Shown one piece after another: positions 22,646 through 30,139 of a stretch of 64,000 bases of DNA. Source of the DNA: a gamma proteobacterium endosymbiont of Lamellibrachia anaximandri (GTDB lineage Bacteria > Pseudomonadota > Gammaproteobacteria > Chromatiales > Chromatiaceae). The stretch covers positions 16,732 to 80,731 of the forward strand of contig JAESPE010000001.1 in assembly GCA_016756835.1 (NCBI GenBank), read 5' to 3'. The position numbers and the translations under genes were made by a program. How positions within the stretch are numbered: position 1 is the stretch's first letter; every line of letters starts with the position of its first letter. A model generated the notes under the pieces. The model was not told the origin of the DNA. It saw only the letters and a program-made list of their open reading frames with translations, and did no database searches.

Positions 22646-22956
22646 GTGAGACACAGATTCCCGTCACCGTCCTGATTTTGGATAAGGAGTATCGCGTCAC
22701 CTGCGAACCGGAGGAACGCGAGTCTCTGATCGACACCGCACGCTTTCTCGATGACAAGATGCGAGACATCCGTAAGGCGGGACGGGTCATCGGCACCGAA
22801 CGCATCGCTGTCATGGCCGCGCTCAATATTGCCCACGAACTACTGGAGCAGCGCAGCAGCAAATCCAGCGATGTGCAGAATATCTCCCGCCGCATTCAAA
22901 ATTTGCAGGAGAAAATAGATATCGCGCTGAATTCAAGCAACCAACTGGAACTTTGA
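22642..22956 (+). CDS. zapA: Cell division protein ZapA
   Basis: 104 aa, GTG start. VTVLILDKEYRVTCEPEE and IAVMAALNIAHELL. Followed by ssrS and ygfA. Confidence 0.85.
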   Translation: MSETQIPVTVLILDKEYRVTCEPEERESLIDTARFLDDKMRDIRKAGRVIGTERIAVMAALNIAHELLEQRSSKSSDVQNISRRIQNLQEKIDIALNSSNQLEL

Positions 22957-22980
22957 CCCATTTAGGTTTAGCCTATAGGT

Positions 22981-23170
22981 AGACAACCCCTGCCGTGTTC
23001 GTTAGTGACCCGGGTATTTTCTTGAGCCTAATTAGTGCCCTGGGAACAAAATGCCGATGCCGGTGTGCATGTCCGCCTCGTAGCGGGAAGCCTGAAGCAT
23101 CCCTGCTGTTCCCACTTGAACCTACCGGTTCAAGAACAATGGTTTGCGACGGCACATGTGGGGGTTGTCT
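22981..23170 (+). ncRNA. ssrS: 6S RNA
   Basis: Conserved zapA-ssrS-ygfA position. 10-bp closing stem AGACAACCCC/GGGGTTGTCT. Internal CTTGAACC...GGTTCAAG, TTGAGCC and GAAGCCTGAAG resemble E. coli 6S. Mature ends are approximate. Confidence 0.8.
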
Positions 23171-23194
23171 CCTTCAAATCACTCCCCTGCTCCG

Positions 23195-23782
23195 ATGAAT
23201 ACAAAAGCGCTGCGCCACCTGGCCCGTACCCGGCGGCGCCAATTGAGCAACCAGACACACAAAGCCCACAGCCTGCAGCTGAATCGCCTGGCTTCTGCAT
23301 ATACAGCATTCAGACACAGCCACCGCATCGCTTTCTATTTTGCTGCTGACGGAGAGATGGACCCAGCTCCTCTGGTGAAGCACGCACGCCATTCCGGTAA
23401 GCGTTGCTTCTTCCCCGTCCTGCGCAACCGCCCATCGCGGTCCCTTTGGTTCGCGGAACATAAAATAGAAGGCCGACTGAAAAACAATCGATTCGGAATC
23501 CCCGAACCTGCATCACACCATAAACATATTTCCATGCCCTGGGGACTGGATCTGATCTTTGTTCCACTGGTTGCTTTTGACACCCAAGGTAACCGGCTTG
23601 GAATGGGGGGCGGCTTCTATGACCGCACACTCGCATTCAGAAAAAATCGTCATCACTGGCCCGGACCAAAACTGGTTGGACTTGCCCATGAGTGTCAAAG
23701 GTTCGATAACCTTCAGGCGAAACCGTGGGACATCCAACTGGATGCGATCATTACCGAACAGAAAATTTATTCGTTTCGATAG
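23195..23782 (+). CDS. ygfA: 5-formyltetrahydrofolate cyclo-ligase
   Basis: GNRLGMGGGFYDRTL motif. The start is set at MNTKALR, because the longer ORF would begin inside 6S RNA. Confidence 0.85.
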   Translation: MNTKALRHLARTRRRQLSNQTHKAHSLQLNRLASAYTAFRHSHRIAFYFAADGEMDPAPLVKHARHSGKRCFFPVLRNRPSRSLWFAEHKIEGRLKNNRFGIPEPASHHKHISMPWGLDLIFVPLVAFDTQGNRLGMGGGFYDRTLAFRKNRHHWPGPKLVGLAHECQRFDNLQAKPWDIQLDAIITEQKIYSFR

Positions 23783-24114
23783 CAAGAATATTTTCACTGA
23801 ATGCACACTAAGTACAATCAACCATGCCAAATCATCCAGCAAAACAGTAAGGCCTGTTTTAATCGTTCGGCTTTATAAACATCATATCCAACTAACTCTA
23901 TTGCCCTCAGTGTTAAGTCAAAAACAACATGCACCACCACTCATAACAGCCACCTTTAATTAACTCTGAAGCGTGTGATTTCACTCTCATCTTCTGCTTA
24001 AACTCAATTAACAGACTGTATTAAATAAGAAAAAACGTATTTATTCTGGATTTTTTTTCAAGCTGACTTATACTCAGTGCATCATATGGGGTAGATGTCT
24101 CTGGAGGACACGTT

Positions 24115-24588
24115 ATGGCGAAGAAAAAAACCGCCAAAAAGAAGGCTGCTGTAAAGCGAAAAGTTACCACCACAAAAAGAGTAGCTGCCAAGAAAAAAGC
24201 ATCTACCAGGAAAAAAGCGGCGACTAAAAAGAAAGTCACAAAGAAAAAGGCAGTCACTAAGAAGAAGGTTGCTGCCAAAAAGAAGACAGTGAAAAAGAGG
24301 GCCGCCAAGAAAAAGGTTGCTGCCAAGAAGACAGTGAAAAAGAGAGCGGCCAAGAAAAAGGTTGCTGCCAAAAAGAAGACAGTGAAAAAGAGAGCGACCA
24401 AGAAAAAGGTTGCTGCCAAAAAGAAGACAGTGAAAAAGAGAGCGGCCAAGAAAAAGGTTGCTGCCAAAAAGAAGACGGCGAAAAAGAGAGCCGCCAAGAA
24501 GAAAGTCTCTGCAAAAAAGAAGACAGTGAAAAAGAGAGCAGCTCGGCCGCGCAAGGTCACACCGCGCAAAAAGGTCACCCAAAAATAG
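24115..24588 (+). CDS. Lys/Ala-rich histone H1-like (AlgP-like) nucleoid protein
   Basis: 157 aa, almost entirely K/A/V/T/R repeats (AAKKKVAAKKKTVKKR). GGAGGAC lies upstream of the ATG. Confidence 0.75.
   Translation: MAKKKTAKKKAAVKRKVTTTKRVAAKKKASTRKKAATKKKVTKKKAVTKKKVAAKKKTVKKRAAKKKVAAKKTVKKRAAKKKVAAKKKTVKKRATKKKVAAKKKTVKKRAAKKKVAAKKKTAKKRAAKKKVSAKKKTVKKRAARPRKVTPRKKVTQK
24267..24545 (+). repeat. In-frame 48-bp tandem repeat (~5.8 copies, one 45-bp copy) inside the Lys-rich gene
   Basis: GGTTGCTGCCAAAAAGAAGACAGTGAAAAAGAGAGCGGCCAAGAAAAA recurs at 24267, 24315, 24360, 24408 and 24456, with a partial copy at 24504. Confidence 0.9.
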
Positions 24589-24618
24589 GGTCGATCTGAT
24601 CACCACCTAAAAAACGCG

Positions 24619-26139
24619 TCAATCAACACCTGCAAAGAGTTGATATGCCGGATTATCGCTCTCTTCCCAAAAGGTATAACCCAGGTCTTTCAGCATTTTC
24701 CTGAAATCACCTTTTTCACCCGATGGAATCTGTATACCCATTAGTACACGTCCATAGGCTGAACCGTGATTTCGATAGTGGAACAAACTTATGTTCCAGC
24801 GTTTGCCGATATTGGCCAGAAAATAGAGTAATGCACCAGGGCGCTCGGGAAATTCAAACCGCACCAGCATCTCGTTTTCAACACCCTTGGCATGTCCACC
24901 CACCATGTAGCGGATGTGCAGTTTTGCAGTTTCATTGTCGGTCATGTCGACAATGGGATAGGATTTCTTCTCGAACCTGGCAACCAACTTCTCCCTCTCC
25001 CGATCCCCGTCGCTCAATTCCACACCGACGAATATCTGTGCGGTTCGGTCACTGGCATAACGATAGTTGAACTCAGTGATACTGCGTTTGCCTATTACTT
25101 TGCAAAACCGATGGAAGCTTCCCGGCTGCTCAGGAATCTGCACCGCAAAAAGCGCCTCTCTGCGTTCGCCGAATTCCGCTCGCTCGGCAACATGGCGCAG
25201 ACGGTCAAAATTGATGTTGGCACCGCTCTCTATGGCGATCAGGTCAGTCCCTTTGATGCCTTCACGCTTCACATATTTTTTCAGACCCGCAACAGACAAG
25301 GCACCAGCAGGCTCAGCAATTGTTCTCGTGTCGTCAAAAACGTCCTTTATCGCTGCACATATCTCGTCTGCATTGACCAGAATCACCTCGTCCACAACCT
25401 TGCGGGCCACACGAAAACTCTCTTTTCCTATCTGCCTGACCGCCACGCCATCCGCAAATATTCCCACCTGCTTAAGTTTGACCCTGCGCCCAGCCTCCAT
25501 CGCCCGATAAAGCGTCGGCGCGTCATCCGGCTCAACACCGATAATCTTCACCTCGGGCCGTACATATTTGACATAGGATGCAATCCCTGCAATCAACCCC
25601 CCACCACCCACCGGAACAAAGATTGCCATCGGCGGCTCCGGATGCTGCCGCAACAACTCCATCCCGATCGTGCCCTGACCTGCAATCACCTCCGGATCAT
25701 CAAAGGGATGAATGTAGGTCAATCCCTTCTCCTCCGCCAACTTCTGGGAGTGCGCGTAGGCTTCGTCATAGGAATCCCCGGCCAATACGATTTTTGCTCC
25801 AAGGTTACGCACTGACTGCACTTTGATGGGCGGCGTCGTACGCGGCATGACAATAAGCGCCGGAATCTTCAGCTTGCGGGCCGACAGAGCAACACCCTGG
25901 GCATGATTACCAGCCGATGCCGCGATGATCCCCTTCTCCCTCGCCTCCGGCGAAAGACTCTGGATCTTGTTATAGGCACCTCTCAATTTAAATGAGAAGA
26001 CCGGCTGCAGATCCTCCCGCTTCAAGAAGACCCGGTTCTCCATCCTCGCAGAGAGCAGCGGCGCAAGATCCAGAGGCGTCTCATGTGCCACATCGTAGAC
26101 CCGCGCGCGGAGGATTTTTTCTATATATTGTTGTGGCAT
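24619..26139 (-). CDS. ilvA: Biosynthetic threonine ammonia-lyase
   Basis: The PLP-lysine motif FSFKLRGAYN, GGGGLIAG, and two C-terminal ACT-like regulatory repeats. The start is at MPQQYIEK. Confidence 0.92.
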   Translation of the reverse strand: MPQQYIEKILRARVYDVAHETPLDLAPLLSARMENRVFLKREDLQPVFSFKLRGAYNKIQSLSPEAREKGIIAASAGNHAQGVALSARKLKIPALIVMPRTTPPIKVQSVRNLGAKIVLAGDSYDEAYAHSQKLAEEKGLTYIHPFDDPEVIAGQGTIGMELLRQHPEPPMAIFVPVGGGGLIAGIASYVKYVRPEVKIIGVEPDDAPTLYRAMEAGRRVKLKQVGIFADGVAVRQIGKESFRVARKVVDEVILVNADEICAAIKDVFDDTRTIAEPAGALSVAGLKKYVKREGIKGTDLIAIESGANINFDRLRHVAERAEFGERREALFAVQIPEQPGSFHRFCKVIGKRSITEFNYRYASDRTAQIFVGVELSDGDREREKLVARFEKKSYPIVDMTDNETAKLHIRYMVGGHAKGVENEMLVRFEFPERPGALLYFLANIGKRWNISLFHYRNHGSAYGRVLMGIQIPSGEKGDFRKMLKDLGYTFWEESDNPAYQLFAGVD

Positions 26140-26300
26140 TTTTCTATTCCAATGTGAGATTGCCGCACCTGACATCAAAGAGGCGCATCGGTATGATAAC
26201 CCCCAAAATCCGATAAACGTTAGATAATATCGACAAAGCAGTCAGCCGGGCTTCCAATCCGAATCCCACAACTTGCAGTCGTTAGTTAAGGAGTTAGCGC

Positions 26301-26960
26301 ATGAATGCAGACGACATGAAAAAAATGGCCGCAGAGGCCGCACTGGAGTATGTCGATGGCGGCATCGTCGGTGTAGGCACCGGCTCAACGGTCAACCATT
26401 TCATCGACTACCTTGCCACCATCAAGCATAAAATCGATGGCGCGGTCTCAAGCTCCGAAGTTTCGACCGAACGTATGAAGAGCCACGGCATTCCGGTAAT
26501 GGATCTTAACGCTGCGGGTGAACTCGACATCTATGTGGATGGCGCAGATGAGGCGGATCACAATCTGGCCCTCATCAAGGGCGGTGGTGGCGCGTTGACC
26601 CGCGAGAAGATCGTCGCAGGTGCCAGCAGAAAGTTTGTCTGTATCGCAGACGGCAGTAAACTGGTGGACATACTGGGCAAGTACCCCCTGCCGGTGGAGG
26701 TCATCCCCATGGCCCGCAGTCATGTGGCCCGCCAACTGGTCAAGCTTGGTGGCACCCCGGTCTGGCGCGAAGATTTCATTACCGACAACGGAAATGTCAT
26801 CCTGGATGTTCACAATCTGGAGATCATGAAACCCATCGAGATGGAGAACCGCATCAACGCCATCGCCGGCGTGGTCACCAACGGTCTCTTTGCCATGCGC
26901 GGTGCTGACGTATTGATCCTTGGCACCGGGGATGGCGTCAAGACAGTGCTGCCCAAATAA
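26301..26960 (+). CDS. rpiA: Ribose-5-phosphate isomerase A
   Basis: 219 aa. [14 protein letters not shown] and [12 protein letters not shown] motifs. Confidence 0.93.
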   Translation: MNADDMKKMAAEAALEYVDGGIVGVGTGSTVNHFIDYLATIKHKIDGAVSSSEVSTERMKSHGIPVMDLNAAGELDIYVDGADEADHNLALIKGGGGALTREKIVAGASRKFVCIADGSKLVDILGKYPLPVEVIPMARSHVARQLVKLGGTPVWREDFITDNGNVILDVHNLEIMKPIEMENRINAIAGVVTNGLFAMRGADVLILGTGDGVKTVLPK

Positions 26961-26962
26961 GA

Positions 26963-27020
26963 GGACCGAGGTTGATAGGGCCGAGGGTCGGAATCTTGAT
27001 CCTCGGCCCTTTATTTTGGG
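26963..27020. repeat. Gene-less GGCCC-type palindromic element (mini copy 1)
   Basis: GGACCGAGGTTGATAG, then AGGGCCGAGG (26977-26986), a 14-nt loop, CCTCGGCCCT (27001-27010) and TTTATTTT. Confidence 0.65.
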
Positions 27021-27022
27021 GC

Positions 27023-27048
27023 AAAAAAAACGGGGCCCGAAGGCCCCG
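27023..27048 (-). terminator. Rho-independent terminator of the porin gene
   Basis: The minus strand reads CGGGGCC-ttcg-GGCCCCG followed by T8. Confidence 0.82.
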
Positions 27049-27073
27049 TCTTCAACCACTCACTAAGTAAGAC

Positions 27074-28042
27074 TTAGAAGTTGTGGCTCAGCTGCAGAGA
27101 GAGAACGCTGCTGTCGGTGCTTGGTGCACCAGCTGCGTCGTCTACGTCACGAGCATTGTAGAGAACCTGTGCATCGGTACGCTTGCTGAAGCTGAACTGG
27201 TAGCCGATAGCATAAGTATCGAAGTCGGTACCTGCAATGTTGTCGAAGTCAGCAGAACCGTACATGCCCTTGATGCGGTGCATGCCCATGTCGTATGCGC
27301 CAGACAGCTGGTAGGTCTTCTTGTCGTTATTGGCAGTACCACCAATGTCGGAACGCGTCTCGTAAACACCGGTCACGCTGATGTTGTTCCAACCCAAAAC
27401 ACCGCCGCCGATGCGGAACTGAGTCTCGTTCTCAGCAGGTGCGCCGAAGTTATCTTCGTCAAGCTGCTCGTAAGCGATGGCACCGTAGAAAGGGCCGTTG
27501 CTGTACATACCAGCGATGGAGTAAGCATCCTGGAAGTCTTCGGTGCCCAGAGTCTGAACGACTGCACCAGCAAGGGTGAGACCGGAGAAAGAGGGAGAGA
27601 TGTATGCGATGGCGCCGTCAACGCGACGATCCATGAACAGGTTGGTGTGGTTGCCGGCCTGATCGTAGTCAGCTGCGGTATCTGCGAACAGATCCAGCTT
27701 ACCGGTGGACATCTTCAGAGGGGTGTCGTGACGACCGGCAACAGCGGTACCGAAACCACCAGCCAAGCCGACGAAAGCGTTACGACCAGACCAATTGAAT
27801 GCAGAACCTGCAGTCATGCCGAACTCCATCTGGTAGATGGCTTTCAGACCGTTGCCCAGATCTTCGGAACCCTTGATACCAAGACGGGAAGCCTGGTCCT
27901 GCATGCCCCAAGCATCGATACCAGCGTCCTGAGACCACTTGTCAGAAGCAACACGGACCTTACCGTAGATGGTGGAATCAGCCATGGCAGCAGCGGGAGC
28001 AACCAGAGCAGCAGCAATTGCGAAAGAAAGGATTTTCTTCAT
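27074..28042 (-). CDS. Outer-membrane general porin (Gram-negative porin family)
   Basis: Signal peptide MKKILSFAIAAALVAPAAAMA, beta-strand-alternating sequence, and C-terminal ...LQLSHNF. The ORF extension to 28204 is rejected. Confidence 0.85.
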   Translation of the reverse strand: MKKILSFAIAAALVAPAAAMADSTIYGKVRVASDKWSQDAGIDAWGMQDQASRLGIKGSEDLGNGLKAIYQMEFGMTAGSAFNWSGRNAFVGLAGGFGTAVAGRHDTPLKMSTGKLDLFADTAADYDQAGNHTNLFMDRRVDGAIAYISPSFSGLTLAGAVVQTLGTEDFQDAYSIAGMYSNGPFYGAIAYEQLDEDNFGAPAENETQFRIGGGVLGWNNISVTGVYETRSDIGGTANNDKKTYQLSGAYDMGMHRIKGMYGSADFDNIAGTDFDTYAIGYQFSFSKRTDAQVLYNARDVDDAAGAPSTDSSVLSLQLSHNF

Positions 28043-28330
28043 TTTTAAAAAACTCCAATGAGTTAGGAATAAATTCTGTACGTTCGCTGACAATATTAGA
28101 TAAGCCATCTCTGTATTGCAAGTCTTTTTTTGTAAAAAAATCACATGTGGTAATTTTGTTGCAAAAAAAGCACACCCAGCCTGTAGCTGCCAATTAAAAT
28201 TCAATAATTCCGTGAGTTACCATCATTTCCTCGAATTCCCAATATAATTTAACCAACAACATTTAACCATCTGCGGGTAAATTAATGTCTCAGGCACTCA
28301 AAATACAGGAGTAGTGACGTAAAGAAAACA

Positions 28331-28386
28331 GGACCGAGGTTGATAGAGCCAAGGATCGCCACCTTATCCCTTGGCCCTTGGCCCTA
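28331..28386. repeat. Gene-less GGCCC-type palindromic element (mini copy 2)
   Basis: The same 16-mer GGACCGAGGTTGATAG, then AGCCAAGG (28347-28354), a loop, and CCTTGGC CCTTGGC CCT (28369-28385). Confidence 0.65.
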
Positions 28387-28390
28387 AAAT

Positions 28391-28416
28391 AAAAAACCCG
28401 CCGAAGCGGGTTTTTT
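28391..28416. terminator. Bidirectional rho-independent terminator (ends the rplM-rpsI-tRNA-Gln unit)
   Basis: AAAAAA-CCCGC-cgaa-GCGGG-TTTTTT. Confidence 0.82.
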
Positions 28417-28420
28417 ATTT

Positions 28421-28494
28421 TGGCTGGGGATAGAGGACTCGAACCTCTACAAACGGAGTCAGAGTCCGTTGTCCTGCCATTAGACGAATCCCCA
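28421..28494 (-). tRNA. tRNA-Gln (anticodon CUG), CCA encoded
   Basis: Hand-folded cloverleaf. Acceptor stem TGGGGAT/ATCCCCA, anticodon stem ACGGA/TCCGT with loop CTCTGAC, T-arm AGAGG-TTCGAGT-CCTCT, and 3' GCCA. Resembles E. coli tRNA-Gln. Confidence 0.92.
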
Positions 28495-28502
28495 ATTGTT
28501 CT

Positions 28503-28961
28503 TAGGGCCGAGTTTGATAGGGCCTAGGGCCGAGGATTGCGGCCTTAACCCTTTCCATCGGCGCTTCGCTCAATGTGCGCGATTAAGCCATATATCATTT
28601 TAGAAATCTGTATTACTTCTTCAGATTTTTCAAGGCCTATTTTACGATCGATCAATCCTGACTCGATGCCGATCAGAATTTGTGTCCAGGCTTCATAGCT
28701 GGAAGCCTTTGCAATCCGAAGGAAGTGGATGCGCTCTTTGACTGATTCCCGCCCATAACCTTCAGCTATGTTTGAGGCTATGGAAAGCGCCGATCTTCCC
28801 AACTGATCCCTGAAGCCAAAATTGGTACAGCCACCAATCAGTTTGTAAATATCTGCTGAGAGCCGACAAGCCCTTTTCCATGCATCGAGGTTTACCAAGG
28901 CATCCATGCCCACCCCTCGGCCCTCGGCCCTTAAAACCTCGGCCCTGCTTTTATCGGCCCT
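28503..28961 (-). mobile_element. Putative insertion cassette: four-helix-bundle gene bounded by inverted GGCCC-heptamer arrays
   Basis: The left end is TAGGGCCGAGTTTGATAGGGCCTAGGGCCGAGG. The right end is CCTCGGCCCTCGGCCCTTAAAACCTCGGCCCT...ATCGGCCCT. It fills the rpsI/tRNA-Gln spacer. Mobility is inferred, not shown. Confidence 0.4.
28545..28907 (-). CDS. Four-helix-bundle protein (23S rRNA intervening-sequence protein / Avd-like family)
   Basis: 120 aa. FGFRDQLGRSALSIASNIAEGYGR and IHFLRIAKASSYE are typical of this family. About 46% G+C by hand count over 28561-28910. Confidence 0.83.
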   Translation of the reverse strand: MDALVNLDAWKRACRLSADIYKLIGGCTNFGFRDQLGRSALSIASNIAEGYGRESVKERIHFLRIAKASSYEAWTQILIGIESGLIDRKIGLEKSEEVIQISKMIYGLIAHIERSADGKG

Positions 28962-28965
28962 GTTC

Positions 28966-29355
28966 TTAACGTTTGGAGAATTGAGGACGCTTGCGCGCCT
29001 TGTGCAGACCGACTTTCTTACGCTCGACCTCACGGGCGTCACGTGTCAGGAATCCGGCTTTGCGCAGACCAAGATGAAGCGACTCGTCGAATAGATCAAG
29101 GGCACGCGCTATGCCATGACGAATGGCGCCCGCCTGGCCGGTGGTGCCACCGCCTTTTACGGTGACCTTGATATCAACCTTGTCGAGTGTTGCGGTGACG
29201 TCCAGCGGTTGACGCACGACCATACGCGCTGTTTCACGACCAAAATATTCGTCCAGGGGACGATTATTGACAACGATGCTGCCGCTGCCGGAGGTCAGGA
29301 AGACCCGGGCTGCCGAGCTTTTGCGGCGGCCGGTGCTGTAATGAATATCTGCCAT
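28966..29355 (-). CDS. rpsI: 30S ribosomal protein S9
   Basis: 129 aa. [15 protein letters not shown] and C-terminal [11 protein letters not shown]. Confidence 0.96.
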   Translation of the reverse strand: MADIHYSTGRRKSSAARVFLTSGSGSIVVNNRPLDEYFGRETARMVVRQPLDVTATLDKVDIKVTVKGGGTTGQAGAIRHGIARALDLFDESLHLGLRKAGFLTRDAREVERKKVGLHKARKRPQFSKR

Positions 29356-29380
29356 CGGTTTTACCTGATGAAAATGGTGA

Positions 29381-29809
29381 TCAGATGTCCAGCGGCTGAG
29401 GCTGCTGGGCCTGATGAGTGTGTTCGGGACCTACAAAGACGCGCAGCTTCTTGAACATGGCGCGACCCAGAGGATTCTTAGGCATCATGCCCTTGACGGC
29501 ATGCTGAATCACCCGCTCCGGCGCCTTGTCCAGCAGCTTTTCCAGGCTGATCGACTTAAGGTTGCCTATATAACCGGTGTGATGGTGATATATCTTGCCC
29601 GACATCTTGTTGCCGGTCACATGGATCTTCTCCGCGTTGATTACAACGATGTAATCCCCGGTGTCCACATGAGGGGTATATTCAGGCTTATGCTTACCGC
29701 GCAGGCGGCGAGCAATTTCAGTGGAGAGGCGACCGAGCGTTTTGTCGGTTGCGTCCACGAGGTACCAGGTGCGGCGTACCTCAGCCGGTTTTGCACTAAC
29801 GGTTGTCAT
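29381..29809 (-). CDS. rplM: 50S ribosomal protein L13
   Basis: [52 protein letters not shown] aligns closely with E. coli L13. Confidence 0.96.
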   Translation of the reverse strand: MTTVSAKPAEVRRTWYLVDATDKTLGRLSTEIARRLRGKHKPEYTPHVDTGDYIVVINAEKIHVTGNKMSGKIYHHHTGYIGNLKSISLEKLLDKAPERVIQHAVKGMMPKNPLGRAMFKKLRVFVGPEHTHQAQQPQPLDI

Positions 29810-29857
29810 ACCGAGTCGCTCCAATGGAGAACTATTATCGTCCGAAAAAGACGGCGA

Positions 29858-29886
29858 ATAGTACCGGATGATCCGAAAGGAAACAA
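29858..29886 (-). promoter_or_regulatory. Candidate proximal sigma-70 promoter of rplM (TTGTTT-17-TACTAT)
   Basis: Hexamers read on the minus strand with a 17-nt spacer. The match to consensus is only moderate. Confidence 0.3.
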
Positions 29887-29905
29887 GACCTCATTCGCCG
29901 CCGGC

Positions 29906-30003
29906 AAAAAAAAAGCGCAACGGAGGACGTTGCGCTTAAATATAACCACCATTTTAGGAGGATGGAGGAGTACTGACACTTGCCATCAGCAGGCAATCAG
30001 TAT
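29906..30003 (-). ncRNA. Candidate ~98-nt small RNA or attenuating leader upstream of rplM
   Basis: Bounded by a near-consensus promoter (30010-30038) and the terminator GCGCAACG-tcctc-CGTTGCGC + T9 (29935-29906). Contains the CUCCUCCAUCCUCCU tract. Confidence 0.45.
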
Positions 30004-30009
30004 GTTAGA

Positions 30010-30038
30010 ATTATCTGATATAATTATTGGTATGTCAA
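30010..30038 (-). promoter_or_regulatory. Near-consensus sigma-70 promoter (TTGACA-17-GATAAT)
   Basis: The minus strand reads TTGACA (30038-30033), a 17-nt spacer, then GATAAT (30015-30010). Confidence 0.55.
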
Positions 30039-30139
30039 GCTCAGCGAGCAACCCGGCTAACATCTCTTTGGACTTTCCCCTCCGGGTCTGAAAAAATTGC
30101 GCCCTTTCCCGACAACACAATAAACCTCAATAAGAAGAG

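Noticed and set aside
24021-24606. Two Phe/Leu-rich ORFs (185 and 174 aa) on the - strand
   Set aside because: They are the reverse-complement reading of the AAG/AAA-rich repeat gene. The low-complexity poly-F/L products are artefacts.
27083-28048. 321-aa ORF antisense to the porin gene
   Set aside because: The porin frame has a signal peptide, a terminal Phe and its own terminator. The antisense frame has none of these.
28391-28961. tRNA-Gln as an integration site for a prophage or genomic island
   Set aside because: There is no integrase, no phage genes and no duplicated tRNA 3' end. Only the ~460-bp four-helix-bundle cassette is present.
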